From assembly GCA_964057225.1 (NCBI GenBank), contig CAXKVF010000077.1:620001-684000 (forward strand): a stretch of 64,000 nt of DNA, in the 5' to 3' direction. This document shows positions 1 to 12,400 of the stretch, piece by piece (the first letter of the stretch is position 1; each line of letters opens with the position of its first letter). Both the position numbers and the translations under genes were made by a program. The notes beneath the pieces are model-generated. The model did not search any database and was not told the DNA's origin. It saw only the letters and a program-made list of their open reading frames with translations. The DNA comes from Auanema rhodensis. Lineage: Eukaryota; Animalia; Nematoda.

Positions 1-32
1 AATCTAATTTTGAAAACCGCATCTCTTCATCT

Positions 33-42
33 TTCACGTGAA
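33..42. other. Perfect 10-bp palindrome TTCACGTGAA with CACGTG (E-box/G-box core), repeated in nearly every monomer
   Basis: Seen directly at monomer positions 33-42. Protein binding is not shown. Confidence 0.85.
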
Positions 43-58
43 GCGAGTTACATACCAA

Positions 59-76
59 GTGCACATCACGTGTACA
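59..76. other. Cluster of overlapping 6-bp palindromes GTGCAC / CACGTG / TGTACA in nearly every monomer
   Basis: GTGCAC at 59-64, CACGTG at 67-72 (context ATCACGTG) and TGTACA at 71-76. Confidence 0.85.
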
Positions 77-467
77 TTTAATTAGCATAAATTAAAGTTC
101 ACGTAAATTTCAAAGTCATGGTTACCATTCACCAATATCAATAAAAATTTGTTTTTAGACTAATATGGACATGGGGAATCTAATTTTGAAAACCGCATCT
201 CTTTATCTTTCACGTGAAGCGAGTTACATACCAAGTGCACATCACGTGTACATTTAATTAGCATAAATTAAAGTTCACGTAAATTTCAAAGTCATGGTTA
301 CCATGCACCAATATCAATAAAAATTTGTTTTTAGACTAATATGGACATGGGGAATCTAATTTTGAAAACCGCATCTCTTTATCTTTCACGTGAAGCGAGT
401 TACATACCAAGTGCACATCACGTGTACATTTAATTAGCATAAATTAAAGTTCACGTAAATTTCAAAG

Positions 468-482
468 TCATGGTTACCATGA
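468..482. other. 15-bp dyad TCATGGT-T-ACCATGA (monomer positions 116-130; example from monomer 3)
   Basis: 7-bp arms around a central T, containing GGTNACC. The dyad is complete in GAA-type alleles and shortened in GCACC and TCACC alleles. Confidence 0.85.
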
Positions 483-3400
483 AGCAATATCAATAAAAAT
501 TTGTTTTTAGACTAATATGGACATGGGGAATCTAATTTTGAAAACCACATCTCTTTATCTTTCACGTGAAGCGAGTTACATACCAAGTGCACATCACGTG
601 TACATTTAATTAGCATAAGTTAAAGTTCACGTAAATTTCAAAGTCATGGTTACCATGAATCAATATCAATAAAAATTTGTTTTTAGACTAATATGGACAT
701 GGGGAATCTAATTTTGAGAACCGCATCTCTTTATCTTTCACGTGAAGCGAGTTACATACCAAGTGCACATCACGTGTACATTTAATTAGCATAAATTAAA
801 GTTCACGTAAATTTCAAAGTCATGGTTACCATGAATCAATATCAATAAAAATTTGTTTTTAGACTAATATGGACATGGGGAATCTAATTTTGAAAACCGC
901 ATCTCTTTATCTTTCACGTGAAGCGAGTTACATACCAAGTGCACATCACGTGTACATTTAATTAGCATAAATTAAAGTTCACGTAAATTTCAAAGTCATG
1001 GTTACCATGAACTAATATCAATAAAAATTTGTTTTTAGACTAATATGGACATGGGGAATCTAATTTTGAAAACCGCATCTCTTTATCTTTCACGTGAAGC
1101 GAGTTACATACCAAGTGCACATCACGTGTACATTTAATTAGCATAAATTAAAGTTCACGTAAATTTCAAAGTCATGGTTACCATGAACCAATATCAATAA
1201 AAATTTGTTTTTAGACTAATATGGACATGGGGAATCTAATTTTGAAAACCGCATCTCTTTATCTTTCACGTGAAGCGAGTTACATACCAAGTGCACATCA
1301 CGTGTACATTTAATTAGCATAAATTAAAGTTCACGTAAATTTCAAAGTCATGGTTACCATGAACTAATATCAATAAAAATTTGTTTTTAGACTAATATGG
1401 ACATGGGGAATCTAATTTTGAAAACCGCATCTCTTTATCTTTCACGTGAAGCGAGTTACATACCAAGTGCACATCACGTGTACAATTAATTAGCATAAAT
1501 TAAAGTTCACGTAAATTTCAAAGTCATGGTTACCATGAAGCAATATCAATAAAAATTTGTTTCTAGACTAATATGGACATGGGGAATCTAATTTTGAAAA
1601 CCGCATCTCTTTATCTTTCACGTGAAGCGAGTTACATACCAAGTGCACATCACGTGTACATTTAATTAGCATAAATTAAAGTTCACGTAAATTTCAAAGT
1701 CATGGTTACCATGAAGCAATATCAATAAAAATTTGTTTTTAGACTAATATGGACATGGGGAATCTAATTTTGAAAACCACATCTCTTTATCTTTCACGTG
1801 AAGCGAGTTACATACCAAGTGCACATCACGTGTACATTTAATTAGCATAAATTAAAGTTCACGTAAATTTCAAAGTCATGGTTACCATGAACCAATATCA
1901 ATAAAAATTTGTTTTTAGACTAATATGGACATGTGGAATCTAATTTTGAAAACCGCATCTCTTTATCTTTCACGTGAAGCGAGTTACATACCAAGTGCAC
2001 ATCACGTGTACATTTAATTAGCATAAATTAAAGTTCACGTAAATTTCAAAGTCTTGGTTACCATGAACTAATATCAATAAAAATTTGTTTTTAGACTAAT
2101 ATGGACATGGGGAATCTAATTTTGAAAACCGCATCTCTTTATCTTTCACGTGAAGCGAGTTACATACCAAGTGCACATCACGTGTACATTTAATTAGCAT
2201 AAATTAAAGTTCACGTAAATTTCAAAGTCATGGTTACCATGAACCAATATCAATAAAAATTTGTTTTTAGACTAATATGGACATGGGGAATCTAATTTTG
2301 AAAACCGCATCTCTTTATCTTTCACGTGAAGCGAGTTACATACCAAGTGCACATCACGTGTACATTTAATTAGCATAAATTAAAGTTCACGTAAATTTCA
2401 AAGTCATGGTTACCATGAACCAATATCAATAAAAATTTGTTTTTAGACTAATATGGACATGGGGAATCTAATTTTGAAAACCGCATCTCTTTATCTTTCA
2501 CGTGAAGCGAGTTACATACCAAGTGCACATCACGTGTACATTTAATTAGCATAAATTAAAGTTCACGTAAATTTCAAAGTCATGGTTACCATGAACCAAT
2601 ATCAATAAAAATTTGTTTTTAGACTAATATGGACATGGGGAATCTAATTTTGAAAACCGCATCTCTTTATCTTTCACGTGAAGCGAGTTACATACCAAGT
2701 GCACATCACGTGTACATTTAATTAGCATAAATTAAAGTTCACGTAAATTTCAAAGTCATGGTTACCATGCACCAATATCAATAAAAATTTGTTTTTAGAC
2801 TAATATGGACATGGGGAATCTAATTTTGAAAACCGCATCTCTTTATCTTTCACGTGAAGCGAGTTACATACCAAGTGCACATCACGTGTACATTTAATTA
2901 GCATAAATTAAAGTTCACGTAAATTTCAAAGTCATGGTTACCATGAAGCAATATCAATAAAAATTTGTTTTTAGACTAATATGGACATGGGGAATCTAAT
3001 TTTGAAAACCGCATCTCTTCATCTTTCACGTGAAGCGAGTTACATACCAAGTGCACATCACGTGTACATTTAATTAGCATAAATTAAAGTTCACGTAAAT
3101 TTCAAAGTCATGGTTACCATGCACCAATATCAATAAAAATTTGTTTTTAGACTAATATGGACATGGGGAATCTAATTTTGAAAACCGCATCTCTTTTTCT
3201 TTCACGTGAAGCGAGTTACATACCAAGTGCACATCACGTGTACATTTAATTAGCATAAATTAAAGTTCACGTAAATTTCAAAGTCATGGTTACCATGCAC
3301 CAATATCAACAAAAATTTGTTTTTAGACTAATATGGACATGGGGAATCTAATTTTGAAAACCGCATCTCTTTATCTTTCACGTGAAGCGAGTTACATACC

Positions 3401-6400
3401 AAGTGCACATCACGTGTACATTTAATTAGCATAAATTAAAGTTCACGTAAATTTCAAAGTCATGGTTACCATGAAGCAATATCAATAAAAATTTGTTTTT
3501 AGACTAATATGGACATGGGGAATCTAATTTTGAAAACCACATCTCTTTATCTTTCACGTGAAGCGAGTTACATACCAAGTGCACATCACGTGTACATTTA
3601 ATTAGCATAAATTAAAGTTCACGTAAATTTCAAAGTCATGGTTACCATGAAGCAATATCAATAAAAATTTGTTTTTAGACTAATATGGACATGGGGAATC
3701 TAATTTTGAAAACCGCATCTCTTCATCTTTCACGTGAAGCGAGTTACATACCAAGTGCACATCACGTGTACATTTAATTAGCATAAATTAAAGTTCACGT
3801 AAATTTCAAAGTCATGGTTACCATGCACCAATATCAATAAAAATTTGTTTTTAGACTAATATGGACATGGGGAATCTAATTTTGAAAACCGCATCTCTTT
3901 TTCTTTCACGTGAAGCGAGTTACATACCAAGTGCACATCACGTGTACATTTAATTAGCATAAATTAAAGTTCACGTAAATTTCAAAGTCATGGTTACCAT
4001 GCACCAATATCAACAAAAATTTGTTTTTAGACTAATATGGACATGGGGAATCTAATTTTGAAAACCGCATCTCTTTATCTTTCACGTGAAGCGAGTTACA
4101 TACCAAGTGCACATCACGTGTACATTTAATTAGCATAAATTAAAGTTCACGTAAATTTCAAAGTCATGGTTACCATGAACCAATATCAATAAAAATTTGT
4201 TTTTAGACTAATATGGACATGGGGAATCTAATTTTGAAAACCGCATCTCTTTATCTTTCACGTGAAGCGAGTTACATACCAAGTGCACATCACGTGTACA
4301 TTTAATTAGCATAAATTAAAGTTCACGTAAATTTCAAAGTCATGGTTACCATGAACCAATATCAATAAAAATTTGTTTTTAGACTAATATGGACATGGGG
4401 AATCTAATTTTGAAAACCGCATCTCTTTATCTTTCACGTGAAGCGAGTTACATACCAAGTGCACATCACGTGTACATTTAATTAGCATAAATTAAAGTTC
4501 ACGTAAATTTCAAAGTCATGGTTACCATGCACCAATATCAATAAAAATTTGTTTTTAGACTAATATGGACATGGGGAATCTAATTTTGAAAACCGCATCT
4601 CTTTATCTTTCACGTGAAGCGAGTTACATACCAAGTGCACATCACGTGTACATTTAATTAGCATAAATTAAAGTTCACGTAAATTTCAAAGTCATGGTTA
4701 CCATGAAGCAATATCAATAAAAATTTGTTTTTAGACTAATATGGACATGGGGAATCTAATTTTGAAAACCGCATCTCTTTATCTTTCAAGTGAAGCGAGT
4801 TACATACCAAGTGCACATCACGTGTACATTTAATTAGCATAAATTAAAGTTCACGTAAATTTCAAAGTCATGGTTACCATGAACCAATATCAATAAAAAT
4901 TTGTTTTTAGACTAATATGGACATGGGGAATCTAATTTTGAAAACCGCATCTCTTTATCTTTCACGTGAAGCGAGTTACATACCAAGTGCACATCACGTG
5001 TACATTTAATTAGCATAAATTAAAGTTCACGTAAATTTCAAAGTCATGGTTACCATGAACCAATATCAATAAAAATTTGTTTTTAGACTAATATGGACAT
5101 GGGGAATCTAATTTTGAAAACCGCATCTCTTTATCTTTCACGTGAAGCGAGTTACATACCAAGTGCACATCACGTGTACATTTAATTAGCATAAATTAAA
5201 GTTCACGTAAATTTCAAAGTCATGGTTACCATGCACCAATATCAATAAAAATTTGTTTTTAGACTAATATGGACATGGGGAATCTAATTTTGAAAACCGC
5301 ATCTCTTTATCTTTCACGTGAAGCGAGTTACATACCAAGTGCACATCACGTGTACATTTAATTAGCATAAATTAAAGTTCACGTAAATTTCAAAGTCATG
5401 GTTACCATGAAGCAATATCAATAAAAATTTGTTTTTAGACTAATATGGACATGGGGAATCTAATTTTGAAAACCGCATCTCTTCATCTTTCACGTGAAGC
5501 GAGTTACATACCAAGTGCACATCACGTGTACATTTAATTAGCATAAATTAAAGTTCACGTAAATTTCAAAGTCATGGTTACCATGCACCAATATCAATAA
5601 AAATTTGTTTTTAGACTAATATGGACATGGGGAATCTAATTTTGAAAACCGCATCTCTTTTTCTTTCACGTGAAGCGAGTTACATACCAAGTGCACATCA
5701 CGTGTACATTTAATTAGCATAAATTAAAGTTCACGTAAATTTCAAAGTCATGGTTACCATGCACCAATATCAATAAAAATTTGTTTTTAGACTAATATGG
5801 ACATGGGGAATCTAATTTTGAAAACCGCATCTCTTTATCTTTCACGTGAAGCGAGTTACATACCAAGTGCACATCACGTGTACATTTAATTAGCATAAAT
5901 TAAAGTTCACGTAAATTTCAAAGTCATGGTTACCATGAAGCAATATCAATAAAAATTTGTTTTTAGACTAATATGGACATGGGGAATCTAATTTTGAAAA
6001 CCACATCTCTTTATCTTTCACGTGAAGCGAGTTACATACCAAGTGCACATCACGTGTACATTTAATTAGCATAAATTAAAGTTCACGTAAATTTCAAAGT
6101 CATGGTTACCATGAAGCAATATCAATAAAAATTTGTTTTTAGACTAATATGGACATGGGGAATCTAATTTTGAAAACCGCATCTCTTCATCTTTCACGTG
6201 AAGCGAGTTACATACCAAGTGCACATCACGTGTACATTTAATTAGCATAAATTAAAGTTCACGTAAATTTCAAAGTCATGGTTACCATGCACCAATATCA
6301 ATAAAAATTTGTTTTTAGACTAATATGGACATGGGGAATCTAATTTTGAAAACCGCATCTCTTTTTCTTTCACGTGAAGCGAGTTACATACCAAGTGCAC

Positions 6401-9400
6401 ATCACGTGTACATTTAATTAGCATAAATTAAAGTTCACGTAAATTTCAAAGTCATGGTTACCATGAAGCAATATCAATAAAAATTTGTTTTTAGACTAAT
6501 ATGGACATGGGGAATCTAATTTTGAAAACCGCATCTCTTCATCTTTCACGTGAAGCGAGTTACATACCAAGTGCACATCACGTGTACATTTAATTAGCAT
6601 AAATTAAAGTTCACGTAAATTTCAAAGTCATGGTTACCATGCACCAATATCAATAAAAATTTGTTTTTAGACTAATATGGACATGGGGAATCTAATTTTG
6701 AAAACCGCATCTCTTTTTCTTTCACGTGAAGCGAGTTACATACCAAGTGCACATCACGTGTACATTTAATTAGCATAAATTAAAGTTCACGTAAATTTCA
6801 AAGTCATGGTTACCATGAAGCAATATCAATAAAAATTTGTTTTTAGACTAATATGGACATGGGGAATCTAATTTTGAAAACCACATCTCTTTATCTTTCA
6901 CGTGAAGCGAGTTACATACCAAGTGCACATCACGTGTACATTTAATTAGCATAAGTTAAAGTTCACGTAAATTTCAAAGTCATGGTTACCATGAATCAAT
7001 ATCAATAAAAATTTGTTTTTAGACTAATATGGACATGGGGAATCTAATTTTGAGAACCGCATCTCTTTATCTTTCACGTGAAGCGAGTTACATACCAAGT
7101 GCACATCACGTGTACATTTAATTAGCATAAATTAAAGTTCACGTAAATTTCAAAGTCATGGTTACCATGAATCAATATCAATAAAAATTTGTTTTTAGAC
7201 TAATATGGACATGGGGAATCTAATTTTGAAAACCGCATCTCTTTATCTTTCACGTGAAGCGAGTTACATACCAAGTGCACATCACGTGTACATTTAATTA
7301 GCATAAATTAAAGTTCACGTAAATTTCAAAGTCATGGTTACCATGAACCAATATCAATAAAAATTTGTTTTTAGACTAATATGGACATGGGGAATCTAAT
7401 TTTGAAAACCGCATCTCTTTATCTTTCACGTGAAGCGAGTTACATACCAAGTGCACATCACGTGTACATTTAATTAGCATAAATTAAAGTTCACGTAAAT
7501 TTCAAAGTCATGGTTACCATGCACCAATATCAATAAAAATTTGTTTTTAGACTAATATGGACATGGGGAATCTAATTTTGAAAACCGCATCTCTTTTTCT
7601 TTCACGTGAAGTGAGTTACATACCAAGTGCACATCACGTGTACATTTAATTAGCATAAATTAAAGTTCACGTAAATTTCAAAGTCATGGTTACCATGAAG
7701 CAATATCAATAAAAATTTGTTTTTAGACTAATATGGACATGGGGAATCTAATTTTGAAAACCGCATCTCTTCATCTTTCACGTGAAGCGAGTTACATACC
7801 AAGTGCACATCACGTGTACATTTAATTAGCATAAATTAAAGTTCACGTAAATTTCAAAGTCATGGTTACCATGCACCAATATCAATAAAAATTTGTTTTT
7901 AGACTAATATGGACATGGGGAATCTAATTTTGAAAACCGCATCTCTTCATCTTTCACGTGAAGCGAGTTACATACCAAGTGCACTTCACGTGTACATTTA
8001 ATTAGCATAAATTAAAGTTCACGTAAATTTCAAAGTCATGGTTACCATGCACCAATATCAATAAAAATTTGTTTTTAGACTAATATGGACATGGGGAATC
8101 TAATTTTGAAAACCGCATCTCTTTTTCTTTCACGTGAAGCGAGTTACATACCAAGTGCACATCACGTGTACATTTAATTAGCATAAATTAAAGTTCACGT
8201 AAATTTCAAAGTCATGGTTACCATGCACCAATATCAATAAAAATTTGTTTTTAGACTAATATGGACATGGGGAATCTAATTTTGAAAACCGCATCTCTTT
8301 TTCTTTCACGTGAAGCGAGTTACATACCAAGTGCACATCACGTGTACATTTAATTAGCATAAATTAAAGTTCACGTAAATTTCAAAGTCATGGTTACCAT
8401 GAACTAATATCAATAAAAATTTGTTTTTAGACTAATATGGACATGGGGAATCTAATTTTGAAAACCGCATCTCTTTATCTTTCACGTGAAGCGAGTTACA
8501 TACCAAGTGCACATCACGTGTACATTTAATTAGCATAAATTAAAGTTCACGTAAATTTCAAAGTCATGGTTACCATGCACCAATATCAATAAAAATTTGT
8601 TTTTAGACTAATATGGACATGGGGAATCTAATTTTGAAAACCGCATCTCTTCATCTTTCACGTGAAGCGAGTTACATACCAAGTGCACATCACGTGTACA
8701 TTTAATTAGCATAAATTAAAGTTCACGTAAATTTCAAAGTCATGGTTACCATGCACCAATATCAATAAAAATTTGTTTTTAGACTAATATGGACATGGGC
8801 AATCTAATTTTGAAAACCGCATCTCTTTTTCTTTCACGTGAAGCGAGTTACATACCAAGTGCACATCACGTGTACATTTAATTAGCATAAATTAAAGTTC
8901 ACGTAAATTTCAAAGTCATGGTTACCATGCACCAATATCAATAAAAATTTGTTTTTAGACTAATATGGACATGGGGAATCTAATTTTGAAAACCGCATCT
9001 CTTTTTCTTTCACGTGAAGCGAGTTACATACCAAGTGCACATCACGTGTACATTTAATTAGCATAAATTAAAGTTCACGTAAATTTCAAAGTCATGGTTA
9101 CCATGCACCAATATCAATAAAAATTTGTTTTTAGACTAATATGGACATGGGGAATCTAATTTTGAAAACCGCATCTCTTTTTCTTTCACGTGAAGCGAGT
9201 TACATACCAAGTGCACATCACGTGTACATTTAATTAGCATAAATTAAAGTTCACGTAAATTTCAAAGTCATGGTTACCATGAAGCAATATCAATAAAAAT
9301 TTGTTTTTAGACTAATATGGACATGGGGAATCTAATTTTGAAAACCACATCTCTTTATCTTTCACGTGAAGCGAGTTACATACCAAGTGCACATCACGTG

Positions 9401-12400
9401 TACATTTAATTAGCATAAATTAAAGTTCACGTAAATTTCAAAGTCATGGTTACCATGAATCAATATCAATAAAAATTTGTTTTTAGACTAATATGGACAT
9501 GGGGAATCTAATTTTGAAAACCGCATCTCTTTATCTTTCACGTGAAGCGAGTTACATACCAAGTGCACATCACGTGTACATTTAATTAGCATAAATTAAA
9601 GTTCACGTAAATTTCAAAGTCATGGTTACCATGAACTAATATCAATAAAAATTTGTTTTTAGACTAATATGGACATGGGGAATCTAATTTTGAAAACCGC
9701 ATCTCTTTATCTTTCACGTGAAGCGAGTTACATACCAAGTGCACATCACGTGTACATTTAATTAGCATAAATTAAAGTTCACGTAAATTTCAAAGTCATG
9801 GTTACCATGCACCAATATCAATAAAAATTTGTTTTTAGACTAATATGGACATGGGGAATCTAATTTTGAAAACCGCATCTCTTTATCTTTCACGTGAAGC
9901 GAGTTACATACCAAGTGCACATCACGTGTACATTTAATTAGCATAAATTAAAGTTCACGTAAATTTCAAAGTCATGGTTACCATGAACCAATATCAATAA
10001 AAATTTGTTTTTAGACTAATATGGACATGAAGAATCTAATTTTGAAAACCGCATCTCTTCATCTTTCACGTGAAGCGAGTTACATACCAAGTGCACATCA
10101 CGTGTACATTTAATTAGCATAAATTAAAGTTCACGTAAATTTCAAAGTCATGGTTACCATTCACCAATATCAATAAAAATTTGTTTTTAGACTAATCTGG
10201 ACATGGGGAATCTAATTTTTAAAACCGCATCTCTTTATCTTTCACGTGAAGCGAGTTACATACCAAGTGCACATCACGTGTACATTTAATTAGCATAAAT
10301 TAAAGTTCACGTAAATTTCAAAGTCATGGTTACCATGCACCAATATCAATAAAAATTTGTTTTTAGACTAATATGGACATGGGGAATCTAATTTTGAAAA
10401 CCGCATCTCTTTATCTTTCACGTGAAGCGAGTTACATACCAAGTGCACATCACGTGTACATTTAATTAGCATAAATTAAAGTTCACGTAAATTTCAAAGT
10501 CATGGTTACCATGAAGCAATATCAATAAAAATTTGTTTTTAGACTAATATGGACATGGGGAATCTAATTTTGAAAACCGCATCTCTTTATCTTTCACGTG
10601 AAGCGAGTTACATACCAAGTGCACATCACGTGTACATTTAATTAGCATAAATTAAAGTTCACGTAAATTTCAAAGTCATGGTTACCATGAACCAATATCA
10701 ATAAAAATTTGTTTTTAGACTAATATGGACATGGGGAATCTAATTTTTAAAACCGCATCTCTTTATCTTTCACTTGAAGCGAGTTACATACCAAGTGCAC
10801 ATCACGTGTACATTTAATTAGCATAAATTAAAGTTCACGTAAATTTCAAAGTCATGGTTACCATGAACTAATATCAATAAAAATTTGTTTTTAGACTAAT
10901 ATGGACATGGGGAATCTAATTTTGAAAACCGCATCTCTTTATCTTTCACGTGAAGCGAGTTACATACCAAGTGCACATCACGTGTACATTTAATTAGCAT
11001 AAATTAAAGTTCACGTAAATTTCAAAGTCATGGTTACCATGAACCAATATCAATAAAAATTTGTTTTTAGACTAATATGGACATGGGGAATCTAATTTTG
11101 AAAACCGCATCTCTTTATCTTTCACGTGAAGCGAGTTACATACCAAGTGCACATCACGTGTACATTTAATTAGCATAAATTAAAGTTCACGTAAATTTCA
11201 AAGTCATGGTTACCATGAACTAATATCAATAAAAATTTGTTTTTAGACTAATATGGACATGGGGAATCTAATTTTGAAAACCGCATCTCTTTATCTTTCA
11301 CGTGAAGCGAGTTACATACCAAGTGCACATCACGTGTACAATTAATTAGCATAAATTAAAGTTCACGTAAATTTCAAAGTCATGGTTACCATGAACTAAT
11401 ATCAATAAAAATTTGTTTTTAGACTAATATGGACATGGGGAATCTAATTTTGAAAACCGCATCTCTTTATCTTTCACGTGAAGCGAGTTACATACCAAGT
11501 GCACATCACGTGTACAATTAATTAGCATAAATTAAAGTTCACGTAAATTTCAAAGTCATGGTTACCATGAAGCAATATCAATAAAAATTTGTTTCTAGAC
11601 TAATATGGACATGGGGAATCTAATTTTGAAAACCGCATCTCTTTATCTTTCACGTGAAGCGAGTTACATACCAAGTGCACATCACGTGTACATTTAATTA
11701 GCATAAATTAAAGTTCACGTAAATTTCAAAGTCATGGTTACCATGAAGCAATATCAATAAAAATTTGTTTTTAGACTAATATGGACATGGGGAATCTAAT
11801 TTTGAAAACCACATCTCTTTATCTTTCACGTGAAGCGAGTTACATACCAAGTGCACATCACGTGTACATTTAATTAGCATAAATTAAAGTTCACGTAAAT
11901 TTCAAAGTCATGGTTACCATTCACCAATATCAATAAAAATTTGTTTTTAGACTAATATGGACATGGGGAATCTAATTTTTAAAACCGCATCTCTTTATCT
12001 TTCACGTGAAGCGAGTTACATACCAAGTGCACATCACGTGTACATTTAATTAGCATAAATTAAAGTTCACGTAAATTTCAAAGTCATGGTTACCATGCAC
12101 CAATATCAATAAAAATTTGTTTTTAGACTAATATGGACATGGGGAATCTAATTTTGAAAACCGCATCTCTTTATCTTTCACGTGAAGCGAGTTACATACC
12201 AAGTGCACATCACGTGTACATTTAATTAGCATAAATTAAAGTTCACGTAAATTTCAAAGTCATGGTTACCATGAACCAATATCAATAAAAATTTGTTTTT
12301 AGACTAATATGGACATGGGGAATCTAATTTTGAAAACCGCATCTCTTTATCTTTCACGTGAAGCGAGTTACATACCAAGTGCACATCACGTGTACATTTA

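Larger units (their letters stand above)
1..176 (+). repeat. Representative monomer (phase arbitrary, set by window start)
   Basis: Bases 1-176 are repeated at 177-352 with two substitutions (T28C and G129T carried by monomer 1). Confidence 0.98.

Noticed and set aside
132-157. CCAAT box, AATAAA poly(A) signal or terminator-like A/T hairpin
   Set aside because: Short words expected by chance in AT-rich DNA, with no transcription unit nearby. The hairpin has no GC stem.
65-158. Budding-yeast point centromere layout (ATCACGTG as CDEI, 77 bp spacer, TGTTTTT as CDEIII start)
   Set aside because: The spacing is suggestive, but the spacer is only about 77% AT rather than over 90%, the essential CCG core of CDEIII does not follow TGTTTTT, and point centromeres are not tandem arrays.
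1-176. CENP-B box
   Set aside because: No TTCG-N4-A-N2-CGGG match on either strand. The TTCG made by T150C has no downstream CGGG.
1-176. Tandem 5S rRNA, tRNA, snRNA or spliced-leader RNA gene
   Set aside because: 32% GC, and I recognise no 5S sequence, A/B/C boxes or cloverleaf. An Rfam cmscan of a dimer would settle it.
1-176. Identity with known 171-180 bp satellites (Brassica CentBr, Arabidopsis CEN178, primate alpha, honeybee AluI repeat)
   Set aside because: Only the length is similar. The consensus lacks AAGCTT and AGCT sites, and I recognise no sequence similarity. A database search is needed for a firm answer.
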